Of a stretch of 64,000 nt of DNA, positions 12,828 to 31,991 are shown in pieces (the stretch's first letter is position 1; each line of letters opens with the position of its first letter). The notes beneath the pieces are model-generated. The model saw only the letters and a list, made by a program, of their open reading frames with translations, searched no databases and was not told where the DNA came from. Made by a program: the position numbers and the translations under genes. This DNA comes from the human T2T-CHM13v2.0 reference genome, Homo sapiens: NCBI RefSeq assembly GCF_009914755.1, contig NC_060936.1, one strand, 5' to 3'.

Positions 12828-14715
12828 GGGGGCTGCAGGTTGTGCTAATCCATCTAACCTCCCTCTTTCAGCTACTCAGGACACAAGCATGAACTAACAA
12901 GACAATTCATGGATTTTAGGGGTACAATCCACAGTGTAGAAGGAGATGCTCTCCCATGTTATGCACTGATCGTACAATTTCAATGTTAAGAACATAATTC
13001 ATATGTTCTTAGTATGAATTATAAGATATAACTAAATTATAAGAAATAACTAAAAACTGATGGAATGAGACACTCCCTCCTGACTTCCACAAAGTTCAGC
13101 TAGCTGAGCATAACCAATAACAGAAGAAGCTGGGTGACTGCACAGCTGTGACTTTCTACCAGCCTCTCAATTCAGTGACCAACATTCTCCCCAGAGGTTG
13201 ACTCCAAGATAAACATAATCAACAAGCACCTACTGGTCAGGGCTGGAGTTAAAGTGGTATAAACAACAGCCCTGCCATCAAGGAGCTCCCATTTTAATTG
13301 GTAAGTATAACACAACCATGAGAAACCTTAAGTGACAATAAGATTTTGTAGGCTGGTCAAAATAACTAAGGAGGAGCTAGCCCCAGGTCACACATAACTA
13401 TGAAAGTGGCAGGAATTGTTCTGGGTCTTGAAACTACTTAAAGGTCAAAACTTCTTGCTGCAGAGCAATAAATAGCCAGTCCTATTCTAATTAATTAGTA
13501 TCCCTTTTGCCATCACTGCTGATAAACTCACCCTGTGCAATTCCGAACCATCTGTGTTTCTTCAAAGCTCTAACACTGCCAATGATTTGGACAACTCTAT
13601 TTTAGGAGGCATTCATTTCAAAGATCAGATGTTTGACTGTTTCTTTGTTTTTAGGACTGGCAAAAATAAGAAGTAATTTGCCTGCTCGTTCCCTGCATGG
13701 CTGAAGAGTTACATCATGTACAGATGTTCATGAAGGTTGTGTTAATTGGTATTTTGTCCTCACAATTGTCAGAAGAAAATAGTCATATGCACTTTACCTT
13801 ATACTTTCTAGGCCAATTATTTAAGATCAGATTGAAAAGCATTTTGGGGTTTAGATTCTACATTTTACCCCAAAAAAATAGCAATTTACCATAATTAGCA
13901 CTCATAATCACTCAGCAGCAGGAGGATCCGTTCCCTGATTCTTTACTCTGTACTCCTACCTTCCCTTCACCCCTCTAGTTTCAGAATCTGGGCAACATTT
14001 CAAGCAAATAAGAATTGGGATTGGCCCAATCCTTTGAAAATTCCAGTCAACAAACCTGTCATTTATCTTACACTCATTATTCCCGTATCAAGCCACTTCC
14101 ATGGAACATGAAGCTAAATTTGTGTTTAATTCTTTCCATGTATAAGTTAAACTATGACATTTTGAACTCACACAAAACTTTAAATTAGTTTCACCTAGGC
14201 TACAAAGCTAAATTCCACAAGGAATTCATTGTCAGGCTGAGGAACAGGCACTGAAGATCACCCCAAATCTTTATAAAAATTCATACTTCTCATGCATTTA
14301 ATAAGCAGAGTTTTCTGTCCTAGTTTGTTGTCTGGGGCAGAGCAAAAACAAAACCAGGTTTGGTACCAGAGAAGCGGAAAGGAAGCATCAGGTCTGGACA
14401 GAGAGTCACAAATAGAATTGAGGGTGAAATCAGGATTGATTACAGGGAATCTGAATGAGAGACACCAGGAGCTTGAGAAGGTGAAACATCACAGTAATAG
14501 CCAGGAAACAAGAATCAAGGGTCAGATGAAGGAAGTGAGCAATCAAAACACAAGCAAAACAGAAACACAAGAAAAGATGTAGAGAACAAGAACCAAACAA
14601 GTGCCAAACAGAAGCTGATGCATCATCCTCCTAAGCTAACAGTTCTCATCCATCCCTTACTGAGGAAGAACTTAAAATTTTTACCAAACTCCCAGTGGAA
14701 CCTAATGATACTGAT

Positions 14716-14900
14716 AGTTGCAATTTATCAAGTGCCTGTGTGCTAAGCACTTTACATGTTTTATGTCACTTAAACTTCAGAACAACTCTGTAGTGTATTT
14801 ATTAATTCCCTATTTTATGCATGAGAATTCCAAGGTTCAGCAAGGTTAAGTAACATCCTTAATGTGACCCAGCTAATAAGAACCAGGGTGGGGATTCAAA
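14716..14900 (-). mobile_element. MIR SINE
   Basis: gtgctaagcactttacatg...aggttaagtaac...cccagctaataag...ggattcaaa core. Confidence 0.8.
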
Positions 14901-14974
14901 GTGCTCATTTATCTATAACATGCTATTTATGCTGAAGTTTACACATAGAAAAATGCATGCAGTTCTCATTCTAT

Positions 14975-15198
14975 ATTTGTGCTGTTCAATGTGGTTACTA
15001 TTAGCTATATGTGGATATTGACACTTGAGTTGTGACTAGAGACACATGTTGAAATTATAATATTGGAGATATATCGAGTGAAATAAAATACATTGTGAAA
15101 ATTAGTTTCATCTATTTTATTTTTAAAACATGCCTATTAGAAAATACAAATATATGTGGCTCATCTTATATTTTTCATCAGTCAGCACTATTCTAGAA
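14975..15198. mobile_element. hAT-Charlie DNA transposon fossil (MER3/MER33-like)
   Basis: gtgctgttcaat...ttagctatatgtgg...atatgtggctc...cagcacta termini. Confidence 0.6.
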
Positions 15199-15880
15199 TA
15201 GAAGTTAAGTCATAACGAATCATTTTTTAAAAAATTTAGAACCTCCAAAGTTTTAGTAGTAGAAAAACAATATTCATGAGAGAGAAGAAAGCCGACCAAA
15301 TGCCCAGACATTGTTGCTCGTTTCTCTTTTCTCAGTGGAATCACTTTGCTTACCACTGCCACCATCGTGTCAGCATCCAAAAGTGGAAACACACTCCTCT
15401 TCACTTCCCCCTGGTAAAGCTAAAAAACTGTTTGCCTCTTCAAAAAGATTTTGTGAACAACCGTGATAAAACACAGGTGAATCAAAGAAAATTCACAGAA
15501 CATTAAAATAGGCCTCATTACAAGCCAGGGGTTTCAATTCTGATCTTAGTTAGCTTGTGTAAGAGCTTGTAAGTTTCATCTTTTCTCAGAAAAGCAGCAG
15601 CCCTCTAGGTCTGGGTCATAGAGTTAAAAATGTATAGAATCCACACTGGGTATATAAATGAGAGAAGAAGGTCTGTTGAAAACCATAAGGAGTAGTAATG
15701 AGTATGGTAAATAGATGATTTACCTATTTATCTATCTAAAGACATCACACTTGAAATTTTTTTAAACACTCTACAATAATTGCCAATGGGGTAACCAAGA
15801 AAAATCTTCCCTCTCAGTTTTGAGGCTATAGGTTTTCAATTCACTAAAATGAGAGTTAAGTTAAGAAACAACAGAAAATA

Positions 15881-15945
15881 AATACATAGGGAAAGAAGGT
15901 GTTAAGAAAAAAGAATACAGAGGGAAAGAAGGTGTTAGAAAGAAA
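15881..15945 (+). repeat. ~33-bp tandem duplication
   Basis: aataca(t/g)agggaaagaaggtgtta occurs at 15881 and 15914. Confidence 0.85.
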
Positions 15946-17569
15946 ATTGACCATAAAATGGCCCTGATTACTATACACAGTGCCCTTCCTATATGACTCA
16001 AGGAATCTGCATCTTCACCTGACATGTATAACATAAAGCCTCTAACATTTGTCAAAATATTTTATGGATATGTGTTATGATACCCAATAATCCCTGAAGG
16101 TAACTTAAATTCAACAGCTTTTAATAACACAGAAGGAAAGTGGAATTGATATTGGAGAAGAAACTTACTCCAAGTTGTGTTATTTACAATAGCACTTTGA
16201 CAGTCTGACTATGATTCTGGCCTCAGTCTATGGGTCATGTTCCTCTCTATTTTATAGGCTAGAAGCCAGGAGGGTGTGAATCACAGGAAACAAGTAGATA
16301 GGGATCATGATTCCTGACTTCCGAGTATCTCTAACATTCCTAATTAATATTTGTTGTGCAACTTTGCTTTCTTGGTAATTTAATTACTGAGAAAATGAAT
16401 GGGGTCAGCAATAATGAGAGCTAATGTCCTTCATGAAGGAAACCCACAACCTGGTCCAAGAAGAACATATGCTTCAAAGGCAATATTCCCAGCCTGAAGA
16501 AGATTCCAGGACAGTCAGACGACAGGAGACACTGGGTGTGATATATTCACAATCCTTCAACAGATCACAACACTTGAGTTTCAAGGGTTACAGTTTAGCT
16601 ATATTCAGAATAAAGGTGACAAAAGAAACAATCAGTTGAATATGAATTTTTGGAAACGGTTTTGTGATAAAGTAACAGAAACAGGGCTTAAAGGGGAAAA
16701 CCCCAGCTATATTGCCATACCGACACCACCCCAATTGACCTAACCCAGGGTGCTTAACTTTGCTGGAGTTAAACTAGATTTGAGGACACCAGGAAATCCA
16801 CCCTAATCACTATATTATCTCCCCACACTTGTAGGTGATGCCCTAAGGATGAAGATCCATGGGTAGAATTTCAGTCAGGATAAGGAGAGGACAGTGCTAA
16901 AAGTTCAACCAGGAAGGCATCACAGTCAAACTTCACTTACATCATAATTTTTTCATGAAACATCCTTCTCTCAGGATCTAATCATGAATTTCTACTTAGG
17001 GTCTAAAGTTAGCCTCACACCAGAAAAAGGAAGAGACCCAAAATATGGGTTGCACCTTCACCACACTGCTCCCACTGTGGCTTGCTTAGAAGTCGAATGG
17101 TATGGAAGTTCAGGCAATCACCTTGAATGCCTATAAGGTTGGAAATGCATTCTGTAGAAAGCCTGGTTTTTTGAAACTAAGAGTTACTGTAAACCTAATT
17201 AAAATGACTGGTGTTATTCCAGTTAAAGTCTCTCTTGGCCCATCAATGAATAAAAACTACCTAACAGCAAATGTTAGACATGGAGACTTTCCTTCAGAAG
17301 AGAGTTCCAAAAATTACTCTCATTGCTAGATAGTAGTACCTGACATTACGTCCTCAAAATTGTATCCTAAAATTATTACATATTATTTATTCATTCATTT
17401 CACACTCATTTCAGCTGTGTTTTGTGCCAGGCAAGACATCTGGAGTTGACAAAAAATTAGACAGATAAGATTTTTATTCTCTAAATAGCTTCCTTTCTAA
17501 TTGGAAAGATAGGCTTAAAAAAAACCTAAAGACTTATTTTATATATGTAGTAGAAGAGAATGATGTGTT

Positions 17570-17870
17570 GGCCGGGCGCAGTGGCTCCTGCCTGTAATCC
17601 CAGCACTTTGGGAAGCTAAGGCAGGCAGATAACCTGAGGTCAGGAGTTCAAGACCAGGCTGGCCAACATGGTGAAACTCTGTCTACTAAAAATACAAAAA
17701 TTAGTTGGGCTTGGTGGTGGACACCTGTAATCCTAGCTACCCAGGAGGCTGAGGCAGGAGAATTGCTTGAACCCAGGAGGTGGAGGTTGTGGTGAGCCAA
17801 GATCGTGCCACTGCTCTCCAGCCCGGGCAACAGAGCGAGACTCCATCTCAAAATAAAAATTAAATAAAAG
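17570..17870 (+). mobile_element. AluS (Sx-like)
   Basis: Full dimeric Alu with A-rich tail and degenerate TSD ...tgatgtg. Confidence 0.95.
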
Positions 17871-18123
17871 GAAAGAAAGTGATGTGGCGTAGTCTAGACA
17901 TGACTTGTAACTTTCTTTACAATTCTCTTTCGATTAATAGAGTTTAAGGTTTGGAAGGATCCACAAAAATACGTAATCCATATATTCATCCAATCATCTC
18001 TACAAGCTCCCCACCAAGGGGCCATCCCATATATTCCAGAAATCCTTTGATGACAAGGAACACGCTTTCTCCAATTTATTGGTACAAACTCTTTTTCCCA
18101 GTAGATCCTGGTTCTGAGCCATG

Positions 18124-18662
<539 letters not shown>

Positions 18663-18899
18663 CCATGTAAATCAAGTCAGAGTTTCCATCCATAAAAGGT
18701 ATTTTCAAATACTAGAGGACATGGGTTACTTTGTCCCTGATTGATCTAAGCCAAGCCTAGGATCTTCAGCCTTTCGTCATAAGAAATGTCATGAAGCCCT
18801 TTGTCACTGAGGTCATTATTTTCTTCAATAGGTTCCAGTTGTCTGTGTACCTCTTGAAATTTGAGATCCAAGACTAAACAAAATTAAGAAGAGAATATA

Positions 18900-19165
18900 T
18901 GTAATAAGAGCTAAGAAATAATTCTTGGGGTCTGATAGATCTGTGTTACTACCTAAGCTCTAAAACTGCAGCTGACTTTCTGCAAGTTAATTAACCTCTC
19001 TGAGTCTATGTTTCCTCAACTAAACTTCCACATAATAGAGATCAGAATGTTTCATTACACTCCTCGACGGTTGATTGTGAGGATCAAATGTGACAGAGCA
19101 TGTATAGTACTTGGTACAGTAACCGACATACAGAAAAGGGTTGATAAATGGTCATCATTGTTCTA
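18900..19165 (+). mobile_element. MIR SINE
   Basis: gcaagttaattaacctctctgagtct...ttgtgaggatcaaatg. Confidence 0.75.
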
Positions 19166-20647
19166 TTGTTAATGTTTTTACTCTCCATCGTTAATCTGAC
19201 TGCCCCAAACTAACACATCACTGTTAAGTAATCTTTGAAGTTGTTTAAAGTTTATTTGCAGACCCTCTATTGCCTGTTACGATTTTTCACCTTTTGGTTA
19301 CAATTCCATGCTTTTGCTTTTTCATGTTTGATTTCTTGGCTTAGTAACTCACCTACCTTTGGCTTTTGCTTTCATCCCACTTTTATTTAGAGAAAAAATT
19401 CTGAGTAGAAATACCTGAGCCACGAGTCAGAGTTAATCTGGAGTGTAGATTCAAGATAAATATCTTATTCCCATCTGATAGAATCACAGTGAAAATATCA
19501 AATTAATCTAACATGCTCTCCATTTTTTTCTTGAAAAATAATTAAGGAAGGATATATTTCAGGTTTTATGCTTCCTTATCCAAATTATGTACAGATACTT
19601 CATGGAAATGTATTCTTAATAGCTACATTAACTATGATAAGTTCACTCACATCATTGTCATTCATGTCTAATTAACCTAAATGCCCAGCTGGGAGTAGTA
19701 AGAACTCATACACGGTAAGGAGAGTGAGTCATGTGAGATCTCCCAGCCCCCAATCCTGCCATTTGAATATACAAGGATAGGAGAGGGAAATGAAGATGAC
19801 TGTTCAAGATCAAGAGGGATAACTGTCAGGAGAGCCTGGCAGGACTGCCTTGACAGCACAGATCTGAAGTTGTTGAGCAGGGAAACTTTTTTTGTTTTTT
19901 AAAGGAAAGCATTTGTGAAATAATAAAATACTAAGAAAAAGTACAAAACTGTCCCTATGAATCCAAGTCTACATAGCATTTTGAAAGACATATATAAAAT
20001 AATTTTTCATAATTTTTACCTGTCAGAAATTAAATATTTAGTTCCCTTTAATAATAAGTTCACAGTTATATCCAGCTCTTTGTGTAGTATTCCTAACAAC
20101 TATGCATCTAGGCTCTGCTTGATTATGATCACTGATGAGAGGCTTACCACCTCACAAGGCAACACATTCCATTGATTAGTTACACATTTCTTTCGTTTAT
20201 TTGATTGAACTCTGCACCCTTCATAACTTCCCCTCCCGTGCCCACCCAATAATTAGCCTGTGCTCTCTCAACTGACATATCAGGAAGCTTGGCAGGCGGA
20301 TATTGAAGGGAAGGAGTTGGTGGCTATTTGAGGGCAGTGCATTTTTTCATGTTACCTGTTAAAGAAGCGTGGTCACTTATTCCTACTAGAAGGAAAGCAG
20401 AAAGAATGAGAATGTATGTTACCTGGGTAAAGGTCTACCAAAGTCACACAACTCCTACATCAGCCACAGATCTTATGGCCCAAGAAGCCACATAGTAAAA
20501 AAAGTACTTTGGCCAACAGGCTGGCAGAGCCTAACCCCATGAAACAGAATCAGTAATTAGGTTCTGGAAACAAAGAATGAGACTTTATTCAGGAGCGCTG
20601 TGAATCTTATGAATGTATAAAGTTCTAGAGAGGCAGTAGTGGATAGC

Positions 20648-21565
20648 TAGGGATTCTCAAGTTACATGTTCATGTGTTGGGTATAAGAACCATGCTTATT
20701 TATTTTTTTTTTCATTTGTCTGGGTACATAGTGGATGTATATATCCATGGGTTACATGACATATTTTGATACAGGCATGCAATATGTAATAATCACATGA
20801 GGGTAAACAGGACATCCATCACCTCAAGCATTTATTCTTTGTGTTTCAAACAATCAAATCATACTCTTTTAGTTATCTTAAAATGAACAATTAAATTATC
20901 ATTTACTCTAGTCCTCCCTAACAAATACTAGGTCTTATTTATTGTTTTTAACTACTTTTTGTTCTCATTAACCATCCCCCCTTTTCCCCACCCGCACACC
21001 CCAACTACCCTTCCCAGCCTCAGGTAACCATTCTTCTATTTCCATGAGTTCAATTGTTTTAATTTTTAGATACCACAAATAAGTGAGAAAATGTGAAGTT
21101 TGTCTTTCTATGCCTAGCTTATTTCTCTTGACATAATGACCTCCAGTTCCATCTACATTGTTGCAAATGACAGGATCTCATTATTTCTTATGACTGAATG
21201 GTACTCCATTGTGTATGTGTACATTTTCTTTATCTACTCATCTGTTGATGGACACTTAGGTTGTTTCCAAATTGTGGCTATTGTGAATAGTGCTGCCATA
21301 AACATGGCAGTACAGATGTCTCTTTGATATATTGACTACCTTTATTTTGGGTATATACCTAGGAATGGGATTGCTGGATCATATGGTAGTTCTATTTTTA
21401 GTTTTTTTGAGGAACCTCCAAAATGAAGAACCATGCTTATTTAAAATGCAGGCTGTTGGCTTCCATCCTTGGAGATTCTAATTCAGTGCCTCTGGTGCAG
21501 GGCCCAGGAGTCTTTACATTTAGCAAGGGCAACAGGTAATTCTGAGGTTCTTTGGGAAATACTGG
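20648..21565. mobile_element. MER5-like hAT-Charlie MITE split by L1MA (pieces ~20648-20702 and ~21426-21565)
   Basis: ttaaaatgcaggc...gagattctaattcagt...ggcccagga...caggtaattctga...tttgggaaatactg. Confidence 0.65.
20703..21425 (-). mobile_element. 5'-truncated L1MA2/3
   Basis: Antisense L1MA 3' UTR starting at a T-tract. 18-bp TSD aagaaccatgcttattta (20685-20702 / 21426-21443). Confidence 0.9.
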
Positions 21566-21569
21566 TGCC

Positions 21570-21780
21570 ATATTTAAAAGCTCTGGTGTCAGAAAGACCT
21601 GAATTAATACCTGGCCTTTGCCTGTGCTAGCCGTATTTCCTCTTTAGTAAAATGGAGATGAGAACCATAGTTCCAATCTCTTTGGGTTGTTGCAAGGATT
21701 AAATAAGAAAGTGTGTGTAAGTAAAGCATATAGCATACTGCCAACAGTGGCCTGTTAAGTAATTGTAGCAATTATTTTTG
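21570..21780 (+). mobile_element. MIR SINE
   Basis: gtcagaaagacctgaatt...gtaaaatggagatg...ggttgttgcaaggattaaataaga. Confidence 0.7.
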
Positions 21781-22319
21781 TTTTTCATTTTTACAATGTA
21801 CTGATTTCAACTTTCCCCCAAGGAATTATTTACATTAATGACAACCTTTCCTTCTTGGCCTTCCCCTATTTCTGATTTTGTTTAAAATTCATCATATATA
21901 TTTTGGAAATAGAGCATAGAGGAATCAACCAAAAGACTTGCTAATTTAGTATTCATTATGTCTTTCACATCCAACCCTTTCCAGTTCCAACTTCCCGCCC
22001 CTGGCCACTACCCCCTGCATTCTCACTGCCATTTCTCTTGCTTAGTCCCTCTCATATGTTACTCTTTTTGCCTAGAAAACCCTTCCAATTCTCTTTCTGA
22101 ATATCTGTTTCACAGATGGAAGCTTCAGTGATTTTGTGGAAGTTTATAGTACAAGGATTGGGAAATTAGTCAATTTAGGTAAAATACACACACCCAAGTT
22201 CATGGCTCCTAAGTTCCATGTCTATATCCAGAGCCCTGTAAGCCACTATCTATCTAGCTGATCCAAGGTAACTTAGTGTGAAACACTCAGATCAACCATC
22301 AATACAATCTTCCTGATCA

Positions 22320-22460
22320 TTGTATTTTATTGTACTGTATATCTATTTTATATTTTATTATATATTATATACGTTTATTTTATACTTATGTTTTATTTCA
22401 TTATCTGTTATTATATTGTATCACTGTATTTTTAGTTTAATTGTATAATTGTCAATTTCT
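22320..22460. repeat. AT-rich low-complexity tract
   Basis: Degenerate tattt/tatat runs. Confidence 0.7.
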
Positions 22461-22908
22461 ACATTTATCTCATTTAATCACTGAAGCTAAATTTCTAATA
22501 AGAGTAAGAAGGAAGTAGAAAATGGTGCAATGAATCATAGTTAATCACTCAACCAAAAACAGTAAGTTCTGATTCAATTGCCTAATTCAGGCAAATGCAT
22601 TTTTGCCTCGTCAGTATAATATCTTAAATTTTTCACTTCACTTTCTTGATGTGAAGCTAAAATTTCTCAGTCTCATTACCAATATGCAATTATTATATGC
22701 AAATTTTAAAAATAAAGTAATGACTCTAATGGCAATTTTTGAAGTACTTGAAACATCAAACACTGCAAATAAAATATTTATAGTGTCAATATAAATATAA
22801 CTGATGTAACAAATCAGCACTAACTTAGATGGTAAATGAGACAGTGACTGTGAAAGAATATTCACTTCTTCAATTGACAGTTAAATAAATCATAAATAAG
22901 TATACTAT

Positions 22909-23459
22909 TGTAAGAGATCAGCTTATGCCACCCCAAAATATTCCACTTTGGCATAAAGAGGCAAATGAGAATTAATAGATGCAGAAAGAAGCCATCTTGG
23001 AGCATCCTTTATCTCACTAAAAGCAGAAACTTGAAACTTCTGGGAAATGAGGACTGCCACAAATCTCCTCTCCCAGGGAAGTTTTAAGGCCATGAAAAAG
23101 ATGGAAAGTTGGCACCAAATGGATCAGCAAACAAACCTTACTAAAATAAACCTTATCTTCCATTAGTTTGCCCCATATATTTACCTTCCCACAGTTTGCT
23201 GCTTCTAAAAGCCTAAAACCCTTTTCCTTTGTCATGTCACTTTTCTACAAATGTATTGTTCCTTGTTACGATGATATATAGACACAAGTTCTAGCCAGTT
23301 CTCTGAGTAAGTCTTCACTGTTTCTTGCACACGTATGTGTGCTGTGCATGTTCATAAACTCTGTTTTTTGCTTGTTAACCTTCCTTCTGTCAGTTTAATT
23401 TCAAGATCCCTAGCCAAACAACCTAGGAGGGTAATGGAAAAAAAAATTCCTCCCCTATG
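22909..23459 (+). mobile_element. MER34-family (ERV1) solo LTR
   Basis: tgtaagagatcag-ttatgccaccccaaaatattccactttggcataa start and ttcctcccctatg end. 4-bp TSD ctat/ctac. Confidence 0.8.
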
Positions 23460-23499
23460 CTACATACAATGTACAATTTTCTAATAATATAATAAATAA

Positions 23500-24993
23500 A
23501 CTATATAGAATATCATATGGTAATGCTAAGATGCTCTGGGGAGAAAAAAAAAAGGAACAAGTAGGGAGTTGTCAAAGAAGCCCTTATGGAAGAGATTCAG
23601 ACTTAAAGAAGATGAGTGAGTACCCAAGCGAATATTTGGGAAAAAATTCTCCCTGGATGAACCACTGAAAACGCCAAGAGGTTAGAGTGCGATTGGTGGG
23701 TTCAGAGGCCAGTGTGGCTGGAGTAGAACAGAAGAGAAAAGCAGTGGGAACCAACATCAGAAAGAAAATGGTAGGCCAAGACATAATGGGAATGATTGGC
23801 CATTATGAGGAATTGGCTTTGACTCTGAATGGCAAAGAGAACCACAGAAGTGTTAAAGCAGAAGTATGACAAGATAAGACTTAGGTTTTAATTAATCATC
23901 CTGCCAGGTACATTGAGATATTCTGTGGGGTAGGAAGAGTGCAAGTGAGCCACTTAGGAGACGATGAACTAACCCAGGTAAGAGATATTGCTGGCTTAGG
24001 CCAGAGTGGTAGCAGTGGAAGTGATGAGAAGTGTCCACTTACAGGATGTAAGGTGAGGTAGAGCAAGAAGACTCCCTGATAGATTGAATTCTGTTTTTAA
24101 GAAATAGAAGATTCAAGGAGGACCTTAAAATTTTGGCGTTTGTGCAATGGAAGAATAGAATTGCCCCTGTGTGAAATGGAAAAGGCTATGGCTGAAACAG
24201 GAGACTTTTTGTTGTTTGGTGTGGTGTGGTGGGGTATGGTGTGGTGTGGTGGGGTATGATTTGGTATGGGTTTTTTTGTGTGCAGTGGGATCAAGATTTC
24301 CATTTTGTACACATCAGATTTGAGCTGTCTATTAATTCTGCAATTAGAATTGTTCAATAAAGTAACTGGATACATAAATGAGGAATTGAAAATAATCTGA
24401 ATACAAACACTAGTTTGCATACTGATGTTATTTAAAGGCATATAACTACACAGTATGACTATGCATCAATGTATACAGAAAAGACAACAGGAATAAATAA
24501 TGAACTCAGGGTCTCACTAACATTAAGATGTGAGGGAAAAGAGGAGGAACCAGTAAATGACAATGAGACAAAAACGAGGTGGTACAAAAATTGAGAATGT
24601 GGTGTCCTTCAAGTCAAATAAAGAAAGTTTATCAAAAAGAAGTATGTGATTAACTATTTCAAATGCTGTTAATAGATCAAGTAAAATGAGGACTAAGAAC
24701 TGAATGTTCGATTTAGCAATGCAGAAGTTTCAGTCGTCTTGACAAGAGCAAGTTTAGAGAAGAAGTACCACAAAGACCAGATTCGATTTTGTGTAGAAGA
24801 GGAGAGCAAGTGCTGCAAAATAATGGAGCAGTTGGAAGGAGCAGTCAAAAGAACTTTAAAAAAATTGAAGAAACAATGCATGTTTGTATACTACTGAAAA
24901 TGATCCAATAAAAAGTAAATAACTGAAGATGAAAGGAAAAGGCAGAGTCACTGAAGTTATCTCCTCGGGGTGAAAGGAAATAGGATCCAATGC
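23500..24993 (-). mobile_element. L2a LINE fossil, interrupted by L1PA7 and continuing ~31880-31930
   Basis: gaggccagtgtggctggag, ccagagtggtagcagtggaagtgatgagaagtg, caagtaaaatgaggactaagaa. Confidence 0.8.
24216..24270 (+). repeat. (TGGTG)n-like pentamer repeat
   Basis: tggtgtggtgtggtggggtatggtgtggtgtggt... Confidence 0.85.
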
Positions 24994-26312
24994 TGGGCAA
25001 GATGGCTGAATAGGAACAGCTCCGGTCTGCAGCTCCCAGCGAGACCAACACAGAAGGTGGGTGATTTCTGCATTTCCAACTGAGGTACCCAGTTCATCTC
25101 ATTAGGACTGGTTAAAAAGTGGGTGCAGCCTATGGAGGGCGAGCAGGAGCAGGGTAGGGTCACCTCACCCAAGAAGTGCAAGGGGTCGGGGAACCCCCTC
25201 CCCTAGCCAAGGGAAACAGTGAAGGACTGTGCTGTGAGGGACGGTGCTATCCGGACCAGAAACTACTTTTCCCATGGTCTTTGCAACCCGCAGACCAGGA
25301 GATTCCCTTGGGTGCCAACACCACCAGGGCCCTGGGTTTCAAGCACAAAACAGGGCGACCATTTGGGCAGACACCTAGCTAGCTGCAGGAGTTTCTTTTC
25401 TTACCCCAGTGGCACCTGGAACACCAGAGAGACAGAACCATTCACTCCCATGGAAAGGGAGATGAAGCCAGGGAGCTGAGTGGTCTAGCTCAGCAGATCC
25501 ACCCCCATGGAGCCCAGCAAGCTAAGATCCACTGGCTTGAAATTCTCGCTGCCAACACAGCAATCTGAAGTCAACCTGGGACGCTCGAGCTTGGTGGGGA
25601 GAGGGGCATCTACTATTCCCGAGGCTTCAGTAGGGGATCTTCCCCGACAGCGTAAACAAAGCCACCAGGAAGTTCAAACAGGGTGCAAAACCCACCATGC
25701 AGCAAAGCCACTGTAGCCACACTGCTTCTTTAGATTCCTCCTCTCTGGGCAGGGCATCTCTGAAAGAAAGGCAGCAGCCCCAGTCAGGGGCATATAGATA
25801 AAACTCTCACCTCCCTGGGATACAGCACCTGGGGGAAGAGGCGGCTGTAGGTGCAGCTTCAGCAGATGTTCCTGCCTGTCGGCTCTAAAGAGAGCAGTAG
25901 ATCTCCCAGCACAAAGCTGAAGATCTGTTAAGCAACAGACTGCCTCCTCAAGTGAGTCCCTGATCCCCATACTTCCTGACTGGGAGACACCTCCCAGCAG
26001 GGGTCAACAAATACCTCATGCAGGAGAGCTCTGGCTGGCATATGGCAGGTCCCCCTCTGGGATGAAAGTTCGAGAGGAAGGAACAGGTAGCAATCTTTGC
26101 TGTTCTGCAGCCTCTGCTGGTGATATCCAGGAAAACAGTCTCTGGAGTGGACCTCCAGCAAACTCCAGCAGACCTGCAGCAGAGGTGCCTGACTGCTAGA
26201 AGGAAAACTAACAAACAAAAATAGTATCAGCATCAACAAAAAGGATGCCCACACAAAAATGCCATCTGAAGGTCACCAACATCAAAGACCAAAGGTAGAT
26301 AAATCTACAAAG

Positions 26313-27355
26313 ATGAAGAAAAGTCAGCACAAAAAGGCTGAGAATTCCAAAACCCAGAATGCCTATTCTCCTCCAAAGGATCATAACTCTTCACCAGAAA
26401 GGGAACAAAACTGGATGGAGAATGAGTTTGACGAACTGACAGAAGTAGGCTTCAGAAGGTGGGTAATAACAAACTCCTCCGAGCTAAAGGAGCATGTTCT
26501 AACCCAATGCAAGGAAGCTAAGAACCTTGATAAAAGGTTACAGGAACTGCTAACTAGAATAAGCAATTTAGAGAACATAGATGACCTGATGGAGCTCAAA
26601 AACACAGCACAAGAACTTCATGAAACATACACAAGTATCAATAGCCAAACTGATCAAGCAGAAGAAAGGATATCAGAGATTGAAGATCAACATAATGAAA
26701 TAAAACATGAAGACAAGATTAGAGAGAAAAAAAAAAGAAAAGGAACGAACAAAGCCTCCAAGAAATATGGGGCTATGTGAAAAGACCAACCCTACGTTTC
26801 ATTGGTGTACCTGAAAGTGACAGGGAGAAAGGAACCAAGTTGGAAAACGCACTTCAAGATATTATCCAGGAGAACTTCCCCAACCTAGCAAGACAGGCCA
26901 ACATTCAAATTCAGGAAATACAGAGAACACCACAAAGATACTCCTCAAGGAGAGCAACCCCAAGACACGTAATCGTCAGATTCTCCAAGGTTGAAATGAA
27001 GAAAAAAATGTTAAGGGCAGCCAGAGAGAAAGGTCGGGTTACCCACAAAGGGAAGCCCATCAGACTAACAGCAGATCTCTCTGCAGAAATCCTACAAGCC
27101 AGAAGAGAGTGGGGGCCAATATTCAACATTCTTAAAGAAAAGAATTTTCAACACATAATTTCATATCCAGTCAAACTAAGCTTCATAAGCAAAAGAGAAA
27201 TAAAATCCTTCACAGGCAAGCAAATGCTGAGAGATTTTGTCACCACCAGGCCTGCCTCACAAGAGTTCTTGAAGGAAGTACTAAATATGTAAAGGAAAAA
27301 CCAGTACCAGCCACTGTAAAAACATACCAAAATGTAAAGACCATCGACACTATGA
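26313..27355 (+). pseudogene. Disrupted L1 ORF1 (frameshift near A-run ~26727-26740; premature stop at 27292)
   Basis: ORF track pieces 26259-26780 and 26777-27292 translate to ORF1p coiled-coil and RRM/CTD (REKG, ARR, YPVKLS). Confidence 0.88.
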
Positions 27356-27400
27356 AGAAAGTGTATGAACGAATGGGTAAAATAACCAGCTACCATCATA

Positions 27401-31640
<4,240 letters not shown>

Positions 31641-31991
31641 ACAATGAGAACACATGGACACAGGGAGGGGAACATCACACACTGAGGCCTGTTGGGGGGT
31701 GAGGAACAAGGGAAGGAATAGCATTAGGAGAAATATCTAATGTAAATAATGGGTTGATGGGTGCCGCAAACCACTACAGCACATGTATACCTATGTAACA
31801 AACCTGCACGTTCTGCACATGTATCCCCAAACTTAAAGTATAATTTAAAAAAAAAAAAAAAGGAGAAAGGATCCAATGCACAAGTGGAGGGATTGGTGTT
31901 AGATAGGAAGGGACACATATTCTACAGCAATGATTGTCAGTGTTGGCCAGCAGAAATGTTCCCTGGGGAGTCTTTTTAAAAACACAATACC

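Noticed and set aside
14292-14582. 96-aa charged ORF
   Set aside because: Results from purine-rich composition; no domain recognised.
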